This document shows positions 61,201 through 64,000 of a DNA stretch of 64,000 nucleotides, in pieces (within the stretch, counting starts at the first letter, position 1; each line of letters starts with the position of its first letter). Location: the NCBI GenBank assembly GCA_964019335.1, contig OZ025677.1, positions 310,001 to 374,000 on the forward strand, written 5' to 3'. The notes below the pieces were generated by a model, which was given only the letters and a program-made list of their open reading frames with translations, searched no databases and had not been told where the DNA came from. The translations under genes and the position numbers were made by a program. Origin of the DNA: Diplonema japonicum (lineage: Eukaryota; Protista; Euglenozoa: Diplonemea).

Positions 61201-62938
61201 GGGCAGGTGTGACCGGGGAAGGCGTATTTGGCGCAGGAGTGGAAGGTGCAAGCGTTGCTGGTGCGGGTGTCAGGGGCACAGCAGTTGCAGGAGAAGGTGT
61301 GGTCGGGGATGGCGTAATTGGCGCAGGGGTGGCAGGTGCAAGAGTTGCTGGTGCGGGTGTCAGGGGCACAGCAGTTGCAGGAGCAGGTGTGGTCGGGGAT
61401 GGCGAACTTGGCGCAGGGGTGGGAGGTGCGAGTGTTGCAGGAGCAGATGTCAAAGGTGCGGGTGTTGAAGGCGCTGGAGTCAGGGGCACAGCAGTTGCAG
61501 GAGCAGGTGTGCTCGGGGATGGCGTACTTGGCGCAGGGGTGGGAGGTGCGAGTGTTGCAGGAGCAGGTGTCAAAGGTGCGGGTGTTGAAGGCGCTGGAGT
61601 CAGGGGCACAGCAGTTGCAGGAGCAGGTGTGCTCGGGGATGGCGTACTTGGCGCAAGAGTGGGAGGTGCGAGTGTTGCAGGAGCAGGTGTCAAAGGTGCG
61701 GGTGTTGAAGGCGCTGGAGTCAGGGGCACAGCAGTTGCAGGGGCAGGTGTAACCGGGGAAGGCGTACTTGGCGCAAGAGTGGGAGGTGCAAGCGTTGCTG
61801 GTGCGGGTGTCAGGGGCACAGCAGTTGCAGGGGCAGGTGTGGTCGGGGATGGCGTACTTGGCGCAGGAGTGGGAGGTGCAAGTGTCGGCGGTATGGGCGT
61901 AGGAGGTGCGACTGTCGCAGGGGCCGGAGTTGCCGGAGCTAAAGTAGGTGGCACAGCTGTTGGAGGGGCGGGTGTGGTGGGGGCGGATGTTACCGCCAGA
62001 GGGACCGACAATATAAGAAGCCCCGCCCCTGAATCGGCTACATAAAGGTACCCACCTTCCAAGTACAATGCAACCGCCTTCCCGTTGGTGTTGTAGCTTG
62101 CGATCACGGCTGAAGGAAATGCCGGATTAATTACGTCATGAACCCCCACCCCAGATGTATCGCCAGCTACATAGAGGTACCTTCCGTCACCGGAGACGAG
62201 CACGCCCTCGGCATCCGTACCAGAAGTAGGGATGGTGGCTAACAGCTGCGGAGTGTAGGGGTCGACTACCCTGACGACCTTCACGCCGCCTGCCATGTCA
62301 GCAACGTAGACAGTACCCGAGTGGTACCATACATCACGTGCGTTGACGGTGGCTAAGCTGTTGGTGACGATGGGGTTGTAGGGGTCGGACACGTCCATGA
62401 TGTACAAGCCAGCGGAAGAAGCAGCGACGTAGATGAAGAAGCCGGAGGAAACGACCTCGAAGGCGGCATCTGCGGTGGGGACTGTTCTGAGGATGGTGGG
62501 GCTCGAGGGGGTGCTTACATCCACGATGACGAGGCCAGTGTTGGCGGCAGCAACATAGAGGATGTTCCCCTTCACAGCCATGCCCTTTGCGTAGGGCCCG
62601 GGGATGACAAAGGTGGTCAGGACGATGGGGCTGGAGGGTGTTGTGATGTCGAAGATCTTTACGTCACCAGGCCCCTCAGCGCAGAACAAGATGTTCCCAG
62701 AGATCTCAACGTCCCTAGCATTGTCAAAGGTGGGGTAGCTCGCTATGTTGAACGGGGCATTACGGTTTGTCACGTCTACAAGCAGCAGGCCACTGTTCCC
62801 GTCCGCCACGTAGCAGATATTCCCAAGGCACCTTGTGTCCCGTGCTGTTCCCACCGTGTCTATCTCGCCTACGTAGGTAGGCCACGCCATGGACAGACTG
62901 CATAGCAATCCCACAGTTGATACAAATCGTAGAAGCAT
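58205..62938 (-). CDS. Surface protein: signal peptide, LVIVD-repeat beta-propeller, long Pro/Thr/Ala mucin stalk, C-terminal multi-TM domain of the Bodo/diplonemid DGF-1-like type
   Basis: Repeats YVADGNSGLLLVDVT, LYVAAANTGLVIVDVS and others; TPAP/TQAP repeats; C-terminal LHPTG..GAVVGN..FPS..YQG..WF followed by about 7 hydrophobic helices. Confidence 0.9.
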   Translation of the reverse strand: MLLRFVSTVGLLCSLSMAWPTYVGEIDTVGTARDTRCLGNICYVADGNSGLLLVDVTNRNAPFNIASYPTFDNARDVEISGNILFCAEGPGDVKIFDITTPSSPIVLTTFVIPGPYAKGMAVKGNILYVAAANTGLVIVDVSTPSSPTILRTVPTADAAFEVVSSGFFIYVAASSAGLYIMDVSDPYNPIVTNSLATVNARDVWYHSGTVYVADMAGGVKVVRVVDPYTPQLLATIPTSGTDAEGVLVSGDGRYLYVAGDTSGVGVHDVINPAFPSAVIASYNTNGKAVALYLEGGYLYVADSGAGLLILSVPLAVTSAPTTPAPPTAVPPTLAPATPAPATVAPPTPIPPTLAPPTPAPSTPSPTTPAPATAVPLTPAPATLAPPTLAPSTPSPVTPAPATAVPLTPAPSTPAPLTPAPATLAPPTLAPSTPSPSTPAPATAVPLTPAPSTPAPLTPAPATLAPPTPAPSTPSPSTPAPATAVPLTPAPSTPAPLTSAPATLAPPTPAPSSPSPTTPAPATAVPLTPAPATLAPATPAPITPSPTTPSPATAVPLTPAPATLAPSTPAPNTPSPVTPAPATSVPATLVPPTLTPITSAPTTPVPATPAPATPAPATQAPATSTPGVPPTQAPATQAPDTASPDTPAPATISPDTVAPDTQSPLTQAPDTQPPTTQAPPTSIPGVPPTLAPLTAMPTSAPATLAPSTLAPATSAPFTQAPATSTPGVPPTLAPVTQAPVTSAPPTQAPATQAPLTGIPGVPPTLAPVTQAPATSAPPTQAPATQAPLTGIPGVPPTLAPVTQAPATSAPPTQAPATQAPLTGIPGVPPTLAPVTQAPATSAPPTQAPATQAPLTGIPGVPPTLAPVTQAPATNAPPTGIPGVPPTPAPFTSAPATQSPVTQAPDTQTPVTQTPTSAPETQPPATSAPKTQIPTTQSPVTQSPVTQAPVTQAPDTQPPNTLAPTTQAPNTQAPDTQPPVTAFPSTQAPATSSPLTQAPITQSPDTLAPATQAPETQAPDTQPPVTAYPSTQAPATSSPLTQAPNTQPPVTQVPATQPPDTQPPVTLAPATQAPTTQSPVTQAPSTGIPGVPPTPSPTSPETMSPNTTQSPATQPPATVMTIPMEGTDSITEPSEAEGVSTMGSVAAAAGALGLSGGAGTATRLVLINGRCTMKDDRAFPFALHPTGISAWGSHAAGAVVGNLCIITGVTLVAQITLFVLSKAGTGLCTKMKEGLDTRGFIRFPSAQLAIFQALYQGTALGGIMMLIESRSVMEIVGGVVALLVCCTVPVFIFFIIKRDIPSKAVYRIDKKPLPRQLVAIVGAGEWVSVCSEVHWINRYASVTRPYLQAASWFSVIEFASSFTLAGIAAVPVDSLEQCGWVKMAMAIVFFLLLALEACIWPHARMRDCVLDFVSLGMQGTGLVLMSIGFFQGHDMDGNWSHKVAATLYMAAAVVLIIKISFDVCTEIYIFVVNRRSKLQAEVWEENAASVSVPACQTTPVNIVLSRHLSLETDIMTPLSNTISTPTPSATPTPSNRMSRSSISSFRRYRGAITGENGLSESFLLQPTSSLSRKTSIVVV

Positions 62939-64000
62939 ATTGCCTGAGAACGTGAGCAAAAGATAAATAGTTTAAAAATGATATTTGAAAATAATAAATA
63001 ATAATAAAAAGAAAAGGATGGGAGGGCAAGGGGAAGAAGAAAAAAAGAGGGGGGGGGGAAAGGATGGGGGAAAAGATTTTTAAAAATAAAAATAAATAAA
63101 TAAAAAAGGAATGGGGAGGAGCAGGAGGAGGAGGCGAGATTCGTTTACATCGCCACCATTTCCCCCCAAAACCCCACCCCATGCTTTTCTTCTCTTTTCT
63201 TTTTTTCTTGTGTTAATGTGGGGGGGGGGGGTTCTTTATTTTCCTTGCATGCCTCTTAATACTGTCCCGTACAATAGAACTTAAGAGATTTACAATGTTT
63301 CTTTTTTCTTTTTCTTTTGTCCTCTTGAGCTTGTTCGAAGAAAAAGGACAGCAAAGCAAGCCCATATCCTATTTTCTTTTTTTATGATACTAAAAGTTTC
63401 GAATTGAAGACAGAGTTCGGGGGGAGAAAAAAGAAAAGCGTTGACTGTTGCGCACGGAGACATCCCCAAATCTCTTTTTTTTCTCGCCAATAGCATCTTT
63501 TCTTTTTCTTTTCATTTTTGTCCAGACAACAAGAGAAAAGAAAAAAAGGGAATTGGGCAGTTATGTGAACTTCTACAAAGATGCCCGAGTGGATTAAGCA
63601 CCATTTTATTATTCTTGGGGAAAATGCGGTAAAAAGAAAATCTTTTTTTTTTTTGTGTGCGCGTGTGTTTTTCTTTTTCTTCTTTTTCTCTGCTTTCACT
63701 TTCTTTGTTTCTTCTTATTTTCTTTTTCTATTTTTTTTTTTCTAATTTTCCAAAAAAAAAAAAAAAAAGAGAAAAGTACTTATATATTGTACCTTCTTCT
63801 GTACTTAAGAAAGCAGTTTTTTATTTCTTTTATTTTTTATTTTTTTCTTTTTCTTATTGCCATAGGATATAAAAACTAACAAGAAAATTTAACAAGAAAA
63901 AAAAAAAGAGAAAAAAGAAAGGACGATTATGTATATTTTGCCTTTTTCTTTTTTTTTCTTTCTTTTCGTTCTCAATGGAAAACCATTAATTTCTACGAAA

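Overview
Eukaryotic protist DNA, most likely a diplonemid euglenozoan. The assignment rests on two identical copies of a 39-nt diplonemid-type spliced-leader (SL) sequence, tiny GTATG...AG introns and Bodo/diplonemid-type surface proteins. Genes from 1-24.6 kb are on the + strand: two tandem GT92-like glycosyltransferases with PAN domains, a TPR protein, an orphan Zn-finger-like ORF, a proteinase K-type subtilisin, a kinase relic and a ubiquitin-like/ankyrin protein. That block also holds a decayed piggyBac with intact 13-bp TIRs and TTAA target duplications. Genes from 26-63 kb are on the - strand: a ~7,425-aa surface protein with 11 VWA domains and 2 C-type lectin modules, a second Ubl-ankyrin gene, a type-B carboxylesterase and an LVIVD/mucin/multi-TM protein, plus several MITEs. 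The most unusual feature lies at the strand switch (22.8-25.9 kb): a nested/tandem family of units built from a full genomic SL fused to a shared 5' module (ATG-MDP[KR]R), (CCCGCAAA)n arrays, a 26-27-nt 3' minisatellite and an A-tail. One unit carries a truncated AlkB-family dioxygenase ORF. This looks like an SL-capped, AlkB-carrying retroelement family. No reverse transcriptase is present in the window, and a 200-N gap limits interpretation.
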